Made by a program: the position numbers and the translations under genes. 64,000 nt of DNA from Nitrososphaeria archaeon (lineage in GTDB: Archaea; Thermoproteota; Nitrososphaeria; JACIWG01). Location: positions 132,385 to 196,384 of the forward strand of contig JBEKIG010000002.1 of the NCBI GenBank assembly GCA_050011875.1. The letters are read 5' to 3'. Numbering within the stretch: position 1 is the stretch's first letter; the number at the start of each line of letters is the position of its first letter. Under the pieces are notes generated by a model, which worked only from the letters and a program-made list of their open reading frames with translations, ran no database searches and was not told where the DNA came from. Shown one piece after another: positions 40,430-50,123 of the stretch.

Positions 40430-42070
40430 TTGAAAACATCTGAAGCTATAGCTCAAATTCTTAAATCAGAAGGAGTGAAGTTTGTGAGCTGTTTCCCACC
40501 AAACAAGCTCATAAACACTTCAGCTAGTCAGGGAATAAGGACGATATTAACTAGACAGGAGAGAGTCGCCGTCAATATTGCGGACGGATATACTAGGGTA
40601 AGCGGACACACGGGCGTCGCACTAGTTGCTGGAGGTGTAGGTGTAGAAAACGCCTTCTCAGGATTATCGCAAGCATATTCAGATCTTGTCCCAATGCTGA
40701 TGATGGCCGATCAGTCACAATCTGCTTGGCTTGGTTCGAGACAGACCCAAGATTTAGACACGCTCTTCACGCTACATAAGGTAACAAAATGGGCTGAGAA
40801 GATAAATCAAGCGGAACGGGTATCCGAATTCATGAGGAGAGCTTTTACATATCTTAGATCAGGTAGACCGTCACCTGTATTTTTGGAGCTTCCGGAAGAT
40901 GTCGCCGAAACAGAAGTGGATGTTAAAAGGTTCAACTACCAGCCTGTTGAGGGATGGAAGAGTGGTGGAAACCCTCAGGATGTTGAAAAAGCGTATAAAG
41001 CGCTTCAAGAAGCGAAAAACCCTCTTCTATATGTCGGCGAAGGGGTCTACTACGCCGGCGCATGGGATGAACTCCGAGAATTCGCTGAGCTCCTAAACAT
41101 CCCTGTGATGACGACTTTGAAGGGTAAAGGTGTGTTTCCTGAAGACCACCCCCTCTCGTTAGGTGGTGGAGGTAGGACTGGAAGCAAAGTGGCAGCGCAC
41201 TTCCTTAGGAAATCTGACCTCGTTTTTTCCATTGGGGCAAGCCTAACAGGGGGGTTGCAGGGAAACATCTTTGGAGCTCGCATACCGAAGGGTAAAATTA
41301 TTGTGCAATCAACAATCGACGAATATGACATTAACAAAGATTACATGGCAGACCATGTGATAATGGGGGATTCCAAACTTGTTCTCAAACAACTGATTGA
41401 AGAAGCCAAGAGACATAGTATTAGCAAGAAAGGAAGAGAAAACATAGCAGATGAAATCGAATCCCTTAGAGAAGAATGGCTGAAGGAATGGATGCCCAAG
41501 CTGACCTCAAACAAGACACCAATCAGCCCATTCCGTCTAGTCTGGGACCTAATACATGCCCTAGACAGAAAGAACACGACAATAACCCATGATTCAGGCT
41601 CTCCAAGAGACCAGCTTGCTGCCTTCTACCAGGCACCAATTCCAAGAGGTTACCTAGGATGGGGACATCACAGCACTCTAGGATATTCACTTGGCGGAGC
41701 TATGGGAGCAAAACTCGCTAAGCCAGAGAGAACCGTCGTCAACGTCATGGGAGACGGAGCGTTTGGAATGGTTGGAATGGACTTCGAGACAGCCGTTAGG
41801 GAGAAAATACCGATTACAACAATTCTTCTCAACAATTCAGGGCTGGGGACATACTTTGCAGCTACTCCAACAACCTCAAAGCTGTCAGGCGACTATTCAG
41901 GAATAGCTGAAGCCCTTGGCGGATACACGGAAAAGGTCGAAAAACCTGACGAGATAACGCCCGCAATAAAAAGGGCTGTTGAAAGCAACAAGTCGGGAAG
42001 AGCAGCCCTCTTGGAAATCGTAAGCGGCGTGGACGTAGAATTGCAGACACGTTACTGGAACGACCTCTAA
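40430..42070 (+). CDS. ThDP-dependent enzyme (acetolactate synthase-like, unknown substrate)
   Basis: RQERVAVNIADGYTR, SGRPSPV, HDSGSPRDQ, MGDGAFGM...NN. Confidence 0.85.
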   Translation: MKTSEAIAQILKSEGVKFVSCFPPNKLINTSASQGIRTILTRQERVAVNIADGYTRVSGHTGVALVAGGVGVENAFSGLSQAYSDLVPMLMMADQSQSAWLGSRQTQDLDTLFTLHKVTKWAEKINQAERVSEFMRRAFTYLRSGRPSPVFLELPEDVAETEVDVKRFNYQPVEGWKSGGNPQDVEKAYKALQEAKNPLLYVGEGVYYAGAWDELREFAELLNIPVMTTLKGKGVFPEDHPLSLGGGGRTGSKVAAHFLRKSDLVFSIGASLTGGLQGNIFGARIPKGKIIVQSTIDEYDINKDYMADHVIMGDSKLVLKQLIEEAKRHSISKKGRENIADEIESLREEWLKEWMPKLTSNKTPISPFRLVWDLIHALDRKNTTITHDSGSPRDQLAAFYQAPIPRGYLGWGHHSTLGYSLGGAMGAKLAKPERTVVNVMGDGAFGMVGMDFETAVREKIPITTILLNNSGLGTYFAATPTTSKLSGDYSGIAEALGGYTEKVEKPDEITPAIKRAVESNKSGRAALLEIVSGVDVELQTRYWNDL

Positions 42071-42115
42071 ATAGGGACCACCGAAAACTATATCCATAAT
42101 GCGCTGGAATTGAGG

Positions 42116-42808
42116 TTAAAGATATTTAAGTATCATCCTTAGGTCTAAAACTTTTCTAACACCTTCCACTTTAATGCTGTCTTCTCTATCTATCAATAAG
42201 GAATAAATGCCGACATTTTCAGCTCCCTCATAATCATTTCTAAGCGAATCGCCGACATAGAGCACCTCCGACGCAGAAAGATCCAATTTCTTTAGGGTTA
42301 AGAGAAAAATTTCTTTATCAGGTTTCAGAGATTTGAACGTGTCGATACCGACTTTTACATCAAAATTGTATTTCTGCTCTAAATCACTTTCATTTGCCAG
42401 CTTTAAAATCTGCTCTATATCATTTTCAAGACCATTTGATATGATCCCAATCTTTAAATTTCTCCTTCTAAGAGCGTCCAAAGTCGGCAATACATCTGGA
42501 TAAAATGATAATTTGATTTTGCACCACCATTCCCTATCGATCACCTTTGCGATTTCAACCTTTTTCTTCTTTACTTTCAACTCGCTTAGGAATAAGTCGT
42601 TAAATTCGATCCAGAAACCTCTGGAGCTATGTAGGAACATTTTAACATTTTCTCTATCATTTGCCTTTTCATATGCTCCAACTATTTCCTCTTGGCTTCT
42701 TTTTAAACCAAAGGTCTGAAGAAAATTATCGTACATTTTGATGACTTGTGTGATCTCATTTCCTTTAATTAGAGTTCCTCCGAGATCAAACAGGACAGCT
42801 TTGATCAT
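42116..42808 (-). CDS. HAD-superfamily hydrolase
   Basis: LFDLGGTL, ISNG, KPDKEIF, YVGDSLRND. Confidence 0.88.
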   Translation of the reverse strand: MIKAVLFDLGGTLIKGNEITQVIKMYDNFLQTFGLKRSQEEIVGAYEKANDRENVKMFLHSSRGFWIEFNDLFLSELKVKKKKVEIAKVIDREWWCKIKLSFYPDVLPTLDALRRRNLKIGIISNGLENDIEQILKLANESDLEQKYNFDVKVGIDTFKSLKPDKEIFLLTLKKLDLSASEVLYVGDSLRNDYEGAENVGIYSLLIDREDSIKVEGVRKVLDLRMILKYL

Positions 42809-43035
42809 GCCACTCAGTCTATGATCTATTCCGTCTATTAAAACATATGAAATTAACCTACAACAAAAGGGTTTTACGGATAAAATTGATCGTGGCGATT
42901 CTTAAGTATATAGAGAGCGCTCCCCAAACATTTCCTCTTTTTATCCTGGAAGACATTTAATATCGAACCTGCACTAAAAATACGACTGTTGCCCCCTCTA
43001 GAAAAGGAATAAAAAAAGTAATTTTTTATTGTACC

Positions 43036-43602
43036 TTAACTTACTTTTCCAATGGGTATCACTGTTTTCCCATAGACTTCATTAAGTATTTCTGCTAGGG
43101 CCAAATATATGGCACTGAATCCACAGATTATGCCCTCGTAACCTGTGATCTGTCCTAAAATCGCATTTCCGGTCAGCTCTCCAGCTGTCAAGAGAAAGAA
43201 GAGGATAGCTAAGCTCGCGAAAACAAACTGCAGTCCACGATTCGTTTTCAGTGTCCCAAAGAACATGACAAAGGTGAACAGGCCCCACATGAAGAAGTAG
43301 GCGGCCATAGAACTGGTCGATACAACGCTTACTCCAGTGAGATTCTTTGGTAAAACAAGCAATAGTACAAGTGACCACCAGAATAAGCCGTACGAGCTGA
43401 ACGCCACCATGCCGAACGTATTCCCTTTCCTGTATTCCATGGCGCCAACCATTAACTGAGCAAGACCACCGTAGGCTATGCCCATTGCAAGTATCATGCT
43501 GTCTAGTGGAAAGAAGCCGGCATTAGCCATATTAAGTAACACGGTTGTTAACCCAAAACCTAGAAGGCCCAAAGTAGCTGGATTTGCTAGTTTTTCGCTC
43601 AT
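43036..43602 (-). CDS. satP: Acetate uptake transporter (SatP/GPR1/FUN34/YaaH)
   Basis: [13 protein letters not shown] signature, YGGLAQ, GNTFG, SYGLFW. Confidence 0.92.
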   Translation of the reverse strand: MSEKLANPATLGLLGFGLTTVLLNMANAGFFPLDSMILAMGIAYGGLAQLMVGAMEYRKGNTFGMVAFSSYGLFWWSLVLLLVLPKNLTGVSVVSTSSMAAYFFMWGLFTFVMFFGTLKTNRGLQFVFASLAILFFLLTAGELTGNAILGQITGYEGIICGFSAIYLALAEILNEVYGKTVIPIGKVS

Positions 43603-43994
43603 TTTGCTTGTCTCCCCATTTCCAATAATTTTTCTTATATAAATCTTCTCATTTTTCAGGCTCAGGAGCAACACCAAGGCTGCCTTTCAATGATTTAAAG
43701 CCTTTAGTCGATCTCAGGCACAAACTTTTGTAAAAGGGAACATCAAGCGATACCGTTAACTATATTGAATGACAAGGATCTTAAAAACTATATCATCGAA
43801 AAAGGATGCGTATATTGACATGGATCTGGTTATTCACGGTTCCTATAGGGATAATACTTTACCTGATAGTTGCAGGAATTCTATGACGCCGAAAAAAATA
43901 AGCAAAAGTTTGTAGACCTTTACACATATAATGTAAAACAACAAAAAATGTTCTTCTAAAAACATTTTTATTATAGACGTAAATACCCCTGTTT

Positions 43995-44180
43995 GTGCCA
44001 AAGCCAAAAGTCGACATGGATACGTGCATAGGTTGTGCCGCTTGCGTTGCTATCTGCCCTGACGTATTTGAACTACAGGATGATGGTAAATCTCACGTCA
44101 AGAATCCTGATGCATGCGATAAATGCGATTGCCAAGCATCAGTGGACAGCTGCCCAGTTTCGGCAATAACATTGGAATAA
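43995..44180 (+). CDS. Single-cluster [4Fe-4S] ferredoxin
   Basis: CIGCAACVAICPDVF ... SCPVSAI. Confidence 0.92.
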   Translation: MPKPKVDMDTCIGCAACVAICPDVFELQDDGKSHVKNPDACDKCDCQASVDSCPVSAITLE

Positions 44181-44432
44181 AAAATCAAGTCTAAATCTGA
44201 ATTAATCTTTTTAATTACACATTCTTCAAAACCCTTATCACTTCATATAAAGAGGAAGATTGCTGCCAAATTCACTATCAACCCGAAAACATAGGTTGAA
44301 GTAACCTCAGGCGGACGCGCGTTAGGTAAGTAGAATAAATAAGGTAACCAAGAAGAATATGGAATACGTTGCTTGGAAAGGTTTAAGCCTCATTATTACC
44401 CTGATCATGTTCTCAAACACTATCCTGTCAAC

Positions 44433-44534
44433 GACATAGCCTTTATCCTGAGATTAGCTGTGCTATATAATATACCTACGGCATGCAATAGAGCTACAGC
44501 AGGTTATATTATCCCAAGCCCCCTGTTGTTCTAA
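44433..44534 (+). pseudogene. mgsA: Methylglyoxal synthase C-terminal remnant
   Basis: Translates DIAFILRLAVLYNIPTACNRATAGYII, matching the MgsA C-terminal LLRLA..YNIP.A.N..TAD; rest of gene not recognisable. Confidence 0.7.
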
Positions 44535-44671
44535 AAGGTAACTTTTTAATGTTTTAAACATGTCTTCTTTTTATGTAAGTCTTACATACTACTTTTTATA
44601 TTAATCATTCAATTGGGGCAAGATGTTGAATATTTATTTTCTAAACAACTCTTAAACATTCCATAAAAATT

Positions 44672-46009
44672 TCAAAAAATGGCATCACGCCTTCTATTTA
44701 TCTGGCTTCTGAGCTCGCCCACGAGGTATAGGGACCCGGTTACGCAGATTGTGTCAGTCTTTCCTGCTTCTTCCAATGCCTTTCTGTACGCCTCAGACGC
44801 ATTATCGAATAAAAGTGAACGCACTTTTGTGTGCCTCTGCAGCTCGGATGGGTCGTGGGACATGTTTTTACCAAAATCAGTTGTGGCCTGGAATTTAGTG
44901 AAATAGAAGGTGTCTGCGACTTTGCCGATTGTGCTCAGCATCTCTCCGACGTTCTTGCCCTTCTTTGATGCAAAGACAACTTTGATTTTCTTGTTTTTAT
45001 AGTTGTGCACAAGCGTTGACACGAGAGCTTCCATCTTCATCGGGTTGTGCGCACCGTCCAGTATCACTGTCGGTTTTCTGCCAACTATCTCGAACCTGCC
45101 GGGCAAGTGGATGTTACCCAGGGCTCTTCGTATCGAGCTCTCACTGATTTTGAAGTTGTGCTTTCTCAAAGACAGCGCGGCCGCAACAGAAAGTGACGCA
45201 TTCCTTATTTGATATTCGCCAGAAGCTGACAAGGCCAAGTGCTTTAAAGCTTCGCGATCAAATTGAAAGTCAAAGATCATGGTGCTGTTACCGTATTTTA
45301 CCAGCTTCCACTTGATCTCTCTATCGAGTAGGTAGAGCCTGCATATTGATTTTTTAGCCTTAGCTTTGGCGATTCTTACGACACTGGGCTTGCTCACCCC
45401 GCTCATTACGTCTATTCCCTGCTTGAATATTCCCACCTTTTCCCTTGCGATCTTCTCTACCGTGTTCCCCAGATATTCTGTGTGGTCGAGACCCACGTTC
45501 GTGAGCACCGTAACTAGTGGACTTATCACGTTTGTACCGTCGTACTCCCCCCCCATGCCCACCTCTATCACGGCTACGTCCACTTTTTCTCTTTTGAAGC
45601 ATTCGAAGGTCAGGGCTATAAGCGCCTCGAAATAGGAGGGCCACCCATAACCCAATTCATCATGGACCTTTTCTATGAACGGCATGATGTAGTTCACCAA
45701 CTCTACGAACATTTCAACCGGGATGAACTTGCCGTTGACCTGCATTCTTTCTCTCGCGTCCTCAAGGTGCGGAGAAACATGCAGACCTGTTTTGTATCCT
45801 GAATTCTTCAGTATAGCTGCCAGAATCATCGCGGTAGAGCCCTTGCCTGCGGTGCCTCCTATGTGCACAGTAGAGTATGCCTCTTGCGGATTACCCATTG
45901 CGTTAAGGAGCGCCCACATCCTGGCCAGCCCCGCATGCTTGTCCTTGTCCCGATCACGCTCCATGAGCGATTCAAGGTAGGCCATTGCGCCTCTGTAATT
46001 GTCAATCAC
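44672..46009 (-). CDS. folC: Folylpolyglutamate/dihydrofolate synthase
   Basis: HIGGTAGKGST, SPHL...ERM, EVGMGG.YDGTN, GLDHT, PGRFE, LDGAHNP, TGSLYLVG. Confidence 0.93.
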   Translation of the reverse strand: MIDNYRGAMAYLESLMERDRDKDKHAGLARMWALLNAMGNPQEAYSTVHIGGTAGKGSTAMILAAILKNSGYKTGLHVSPHLEDARERMQVNGKFIPVEMFVELVNYIMPFIEKVHDELGYGWPSYFEALIALTFECFKREKVDVAVIEVGMGGEYDGTNVISPLVTVLTNVGLDHTEYLGNTVEKIAREKVGIFKQGIDVMSGVSKPSVVRIAKAKAKKSICRLYLLDREIKWKLVKYGNSTMIFDFQFDREALKHLALSASGEYQIRNASLSVAAALSLRKHNFKISESSIRRALGNIHLPGRFEIVGRKPTVILDGAHNPMKMEALVSTLVHNYKNKKIKVVFASKKGKNVGEMLSTIGKVADTFYFTKFQATTDFGKNMSHDPSELQRHTKVRSLLFDNASEAYRKALEEAGKTDTICVTGSLYLVGELRSQINRRRDAIF

Positions 46010-46396
46010 AGAACACCACTTCGGTTAGTAGAGCAATCATTCGGCTGTTATATGCTCTTTTCCTTCCCTTTGCAGAGCGCCACAACCGCACTGCTGCTCT
46101 TAAGGTTTGCCTCGGAATGTTCGGATACGAATATAATAAATTCTAACTTATCTTTTATGCGTGTATTGCTAGAGAAAGCATTGATCGCAAATATCGGATG
46201 AACAACACCCAAATTACAAGATTTCACTGCAACACCCTTTCCCTTTTTGAAATCTAAATTGTTATAGGGTATGCAATTTGAATCGCTAAGGCCACTTCGT
46301 TAAAAATATAGATAAAGTAACAACTATTTGCCAAACTAACTCAGAAATTGTATATATACCAACTGTTGAAATGAGCTACGGGGACATAGTGATTTA

Positions 46397-47458
46397 ATGG
46401 ATTTAGAGAGAAGATTTGATCTTGTGAAAGCTCCTCCAACGGAAGAAATAATTACTGAAAAGGAACTGAGAGGACTTCTTGAAACCAACGAACATCCTGA
46501 ACATTATATAGGATTCGAAATATCGGGATACCTACATCTTGGAACCCTGCTCATGTGCGGATTTAAGGTCAACGACCTGTCAGAAGCGGGCTTTAATACA
46601 AAGATCTACCTCGCTGACTGGCACAGCTTCATAAACAATAAGCTGGGCGGAAATTGGGAGAACATTATCAAGGCATCTAAATACTTTGGAGAAGCATTCA
46701 AATTCTTCTGCCCCAAAGCGAAGATTGTCCTAGGCTCAGACCTTTATCATGACAATAACGAATACTGGAAGGATCTAATAAGATTTTCTAAACACATCAC
46801 ACTGACTCGGGATAGGAGATGCCTCACGATCATGGGAAGAACCGAGGGTGAGAAGTTAGATCTGGCCCAATACTTTTACCCTCCACTGCAATCTGTAGAC
46901 GTGAAATATATTGGACAGGACATGCCTCAGGGAGGAATGGACCAGAGGAAAGTTCATGTCTTGACGAGAGAAGTCTTCCCAAAGTTAAAATGGAAAAAGC
47001 CGATCCCATTACATAACCATCTCCTTATGGGACTTGCGGAGCCTCCAAGAGTGTCAACTAACGTGAAAATAGAAAAAGTGATAGCTGCGAAGATGAGTAA
47101 GAGCAAGCCGTGGACAGCGATCTTCATTCACGACTCAGACGAAGAAATCAAGCAAAAGCTTCTTAAAGCGTGGTGCCCTATAAAACAGGCAGAGTTTAAC
47201 CCTATAATGGATATGGCCAGATATGTTATATTCCATGGGAAGAAGGATTTTATGATCGAGAGACCTGCAAAATATGGTGGAACGATAAATTTCTTCTCCT
47301 ACGAAGAGCTTGCTAGAGCGTTCTGCCAAGGGAAAGTGCACCCTATGGACCTGAAGTTATCTGTTGCAAGGGAAATTTCAAAAATAATTGGACCGATAAG
47401 AGCGCATTTCGAAATACCTTCAAATCAAAGGTTACTGGAAGTTTTTAAAAGAACCTAA
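46397..47458 (+). CDS. tyrS: Tyrosyl-tRNA synthetase, archaeal type
   Basis: YIGFEISGYLHLG, ADWHS, YPPLQSVD, GGMDQRKVH, KMSKS. Confidence 0.95.
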   Translation: MDLERRFDLVKAPPTEEIITEKELRGLLETNEHPEHYIGFEISGYLHLGTLLMCGFKVNDLSEAGFNTKIYLADWHSFINNKLGGNWENIIKASKYFGEAFKFFCPKAKIVLGSDLYHDNNEYWKDLIRFSKHITLTRDRRCLTIMGRTEGEKLDLAQYFYPPLQSVDVKYIGQDMPQGGMDQRKVHVLTREVFPKLKWKKPIPLHNHLLMGLAEPPRVSTNVKIEKVIAAKMSKSKPWTAIFIHDSDEEIKQKLLKAWCPIKQAEFNPIMDMARYVIFHGKKDFMIERPAKYGGTINFFSYEELARAFCQGKVHPMDLKLSVAREISKIIGPIRAHFEIPSNQRLLEVFKRT

Positions 47459-47486
47459 AATGGGAGACGATTACAGTTTATTACTC

Positions 47487-48218
47487 CTATTCAACTAAGA
47501 CTATTTCCAGTGGTGAGGTTGGTCTCCATGGGAAAATTTGTCCAACCCCTCTTGAGACATAAAGAGTAGTTTTCTCGTTAAGTTTGAAGAGCCCACGCGT
47601 ATAAAGGGAGTTGGAAAATCCTATTCCTGCTATTTCCACGCCACCGTGTGTATGGCCGGATAGTATTATTGTCCTCCCTGAAATGGATTCGGCTGCATTT
47701 GGGTCGTGAACGAGCACGATTCCCTCAGAATCGATCTGAGGATACTTCCTATCATCCCTCCAATCGAGACCATAAATCTTTCCAGCCAAACTCGAGGTTT
47801 CCGAATTAAAAAGAACATTGAATCCAAGGCCATCGAGAATTTTGGTCAAACCCTCTACCCTTTTACTCAAATGTTCATGGTTGCCCATAACAGCAAACTT
47901 CTGTTTAGCATCCAATGCTGAAAGACACCTTGATGCTGTCTCCATGTCTAAGGTATACTCGTCGACAGTATCGCCGCCTAACATTATGATATCGGGGTGT
48001 TCCCCATTGACAAGTCTGACTACATCGTTTTCTAGGCCACCTAATGCGTTAATGTGGAAGTCGGCTAAGAACGCGATCTTCTTACCTAAATTAACATCTA
48101 GATGTGTAACCTCTATTTTTCTTGTTTCAGGATACCCTATGCCAAAACCTACCGTAACTAGAGATGCAGTAGAAAGGTAAAACAACTGACGTCTTGTCAA
48201 ATCTGTACGGCCATGCAC
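47487..48218 (-). CDS. Calcineurin-like metallophosphoesterase with twin-arginine-like N-terminus
   Basis: ADFH, GGDTVD, MGNHE, VHDP, SGHTHGG, VSRGVG; LTRRQLF at N-terminus; GTG start estimated. Confidence 0.85.
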   Translation of the reverse strand: MHGRTDLTRRQLFYLSTASLVTVGFGIGYPETRKIEVTHLDVNLGKKIAFLADFHINALGGLENDVVRLVNGEHPDIIMLGGDTVDEYTLDMETASRCLSALDAKQKFAVMGNHEHLSKRVEGLTKILDGLGFNVLFNSETSSLAGKIYGLDWRDDRKYPQIDSEGIVLVHDPNAAESISGRTIILSGHTHGGVEIAGIGFSNSLYTRGLFKLNEKTTLYVSRGVGQIFPWRPTSPLEIVLVE

Positions 48219-48312
48219 TTTAACTCTAAATCCTAACTCTTTATGACAGGTTAAAAAAGATTGCACATTAAATCTGAAAATTAAAATATATGCTAAAATC
48301 AAGATAAATAGA

Positions 48313-48657
48313 ATGAAGGTTTTCAACTACAAGGACGTAGAATCGAAGAATGCAGAGGAAGGCGCAGAGAACCTCAAAATCCGATGGCTGATCACAAAGG
48401 AGATAGGTGCAGAAAATTTTGCTATGAGGCTATTTGAAATGAAGAGCGGTGGAAGTAGTCCACATCATTCACATTCCTGGGAACACGAAGTGTTCATTTT
48501 GGAAGGGAAAGGCTCTGTCTACGGCGGTGGACAGGAGAGAAAGTTCAAGGAAGGCGATGTAATATTCATTCCAGCAAAAGAAGAACACCAGTTTAAGAAC
48601 AGCGGAAAGAAGACGGTCAAGTTCATATGCCTTATACCTTACGCTAAGAAAAAATAG
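48313..48657 (+). CDS. Cupin domain protein
   Basis: HHSHSWEHEVFILEGKG and GDVIFIPAKEEHQFKN. Confidence 0.9.
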   Translation: MKVFNYKDVESKNAEEGAENLKIRWLITKEIGAENFAMRLFEMKSGGSSPHHSHSWEHEVFILEGKGSVYGGGQERKFKEGDVIFIPAKEEHQFKNSGKKTVKFICLIPYAKKK

Positions 48658-48873
48658 AAAAATGTCTATAGAGAATCTGATAAAGTATCAAAAAAATAAT
48701 TGTTGCATAATGTGGACTGGGAATATACACTTAAAAAGTAGATATGGAAGTAATATGAATAGCAAATGTTATTCTGTTCGCCCTCAAACGATACACCAAC
48801 CAGAACGGCCCCAGATTTAATAGCGCTTTATAATGAAAATCTTTTATGTATTGAATGACATATTTATGCGTGT

Positions 48874-49584
48874 GTGATGGACGAAGAATTTAACAGGCTA
48901 TACGAGGAAATCTTCAAACGGTTAAAGTCAAAGTACAATGAAGAAGCAGTCAAGGGTATGGAGCGCTTTGGCATCAATGTAAAGAACACTTACGGCGTCC
49001 CTATTCCTGAACTGAGAAATATAGCTAAAGAAATTGGTAGAAATCATCCATTAGCTCAAAGTCTATGGTCTTCAGGAGTACATGAAGCAAAATTACTCGC
49101 TACCATGATCGAAGACCCTGAGATGGTCACAGAGGAGCAGATGGAGCAGTGGGTAAAAGATACAGATTCATGGGACATATGTGACGCATGCTGCGGAAAC
49201 CTTTTCGACAAAACGCCCTTCGCCTACAGAAAAGCAGTCGAGTGGAGTTCAAGGAAGGAAGAGTATGTGAAGAGGGCAGGGTTCGTTTTAATGGCTGAAC
49301 TTGTAGTTCACGACAAGAAAGCTAGCGACGAAAAATTCTTGGAATTTTTACCTCTGATTAAAAAGCAGTCTACAGATGAAAGAAATTTTGTGAGGAAAGC
49401 GGTTAATTGGGCGTTGAGACAAATAGGGAAGAGAAATTCGAACCTCAACGAGGCCTGCGTTAAAACTGCTAAAGAAATGAAAAAAATTAACTCAAAAAGC
49501 GCGAAATGGATAGCATCAGACGCCCTTATTGAGCTAACGAGCGAAAGCGTAAAACTAAGATTGCATCAGACAAAAAGCGTTTGA
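48874..49584 (+). CDS. DNA alkylation repair (AlkD-like HEAT-repeat) protein
   Basis: YGVPIPELR, LWSSGVHEA, DSWDICD, DERNFVRKAVNWALRQIGKR. Confidence 0.88.
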   Translation: MMDEEFNRLYEEIFKRLKSKYNEEAVKGMERFGINVKNTYGVPIPELRNIAKEIGRNHPLAQSLWSSGVHEAKLLATMIEDPEMVTEEQMEQWVKDTDSWDICDACCGNLFDKTPFAYRKAVEWSSRKEEYVKRAGFVLMAELVVHDKKASDEKFLEFLPLIKKQSTDERNFVRKAVNWALRQIGKRNSNLNEACVKTAKEMKKINSKSAKWIASDALIELTSESVKLRLHQTKSV

Positions 49585-50123
49585 TCCAATATTTTCTTTT
49601 TTTGTGGTTGTAATTATTATTGCTTTTGTCCGGCGTAGAAGAAAAAGCCTTACTTTATTAAATATGAAAAGGTGATGATTATGTACAGTAATTTAATCGC
49701 CTATAATGTAAGGCAGAGCTTTGCAAGGCCTGTTACAAAAAGGGTGCAAAGTAAGGAGATAATGATTGTTAAGTAAATATGTTGTTTTTATAAGCAAATT
49801 CTTAATTTAAGTCCAATAAAAGCTCGTTATTTAAAAACCTTTATAAAAATCAAAAATAGATTTTAACTCTCCGAAAATTGGCCATATTCCAATTTGCACT
49901 CTTGGGATAACCTAATACTTTTAGAAAATGTTAAAATTACCATGACGAAAGAGCCATTTTATTGGCACTGGAGATTAGGCATCAATTCCACCTTAATTTC
50001 ACAACAATGTTCAAACTTCTTGTCAATATTACCTATATTACTTATTGCCTAGACATCTTTGAAATGTTCGATGATGATGTGTACTAAGATGCTCTCGACT
50101 CTGTTCTCGTTATAAAGAGATTT

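Noticed and set aside
46010-46140. Folate or ZTP riboswitch upstream of folC
   Set aside because: No match to the THF or pfl consensus; better explained as a gene-end remnant
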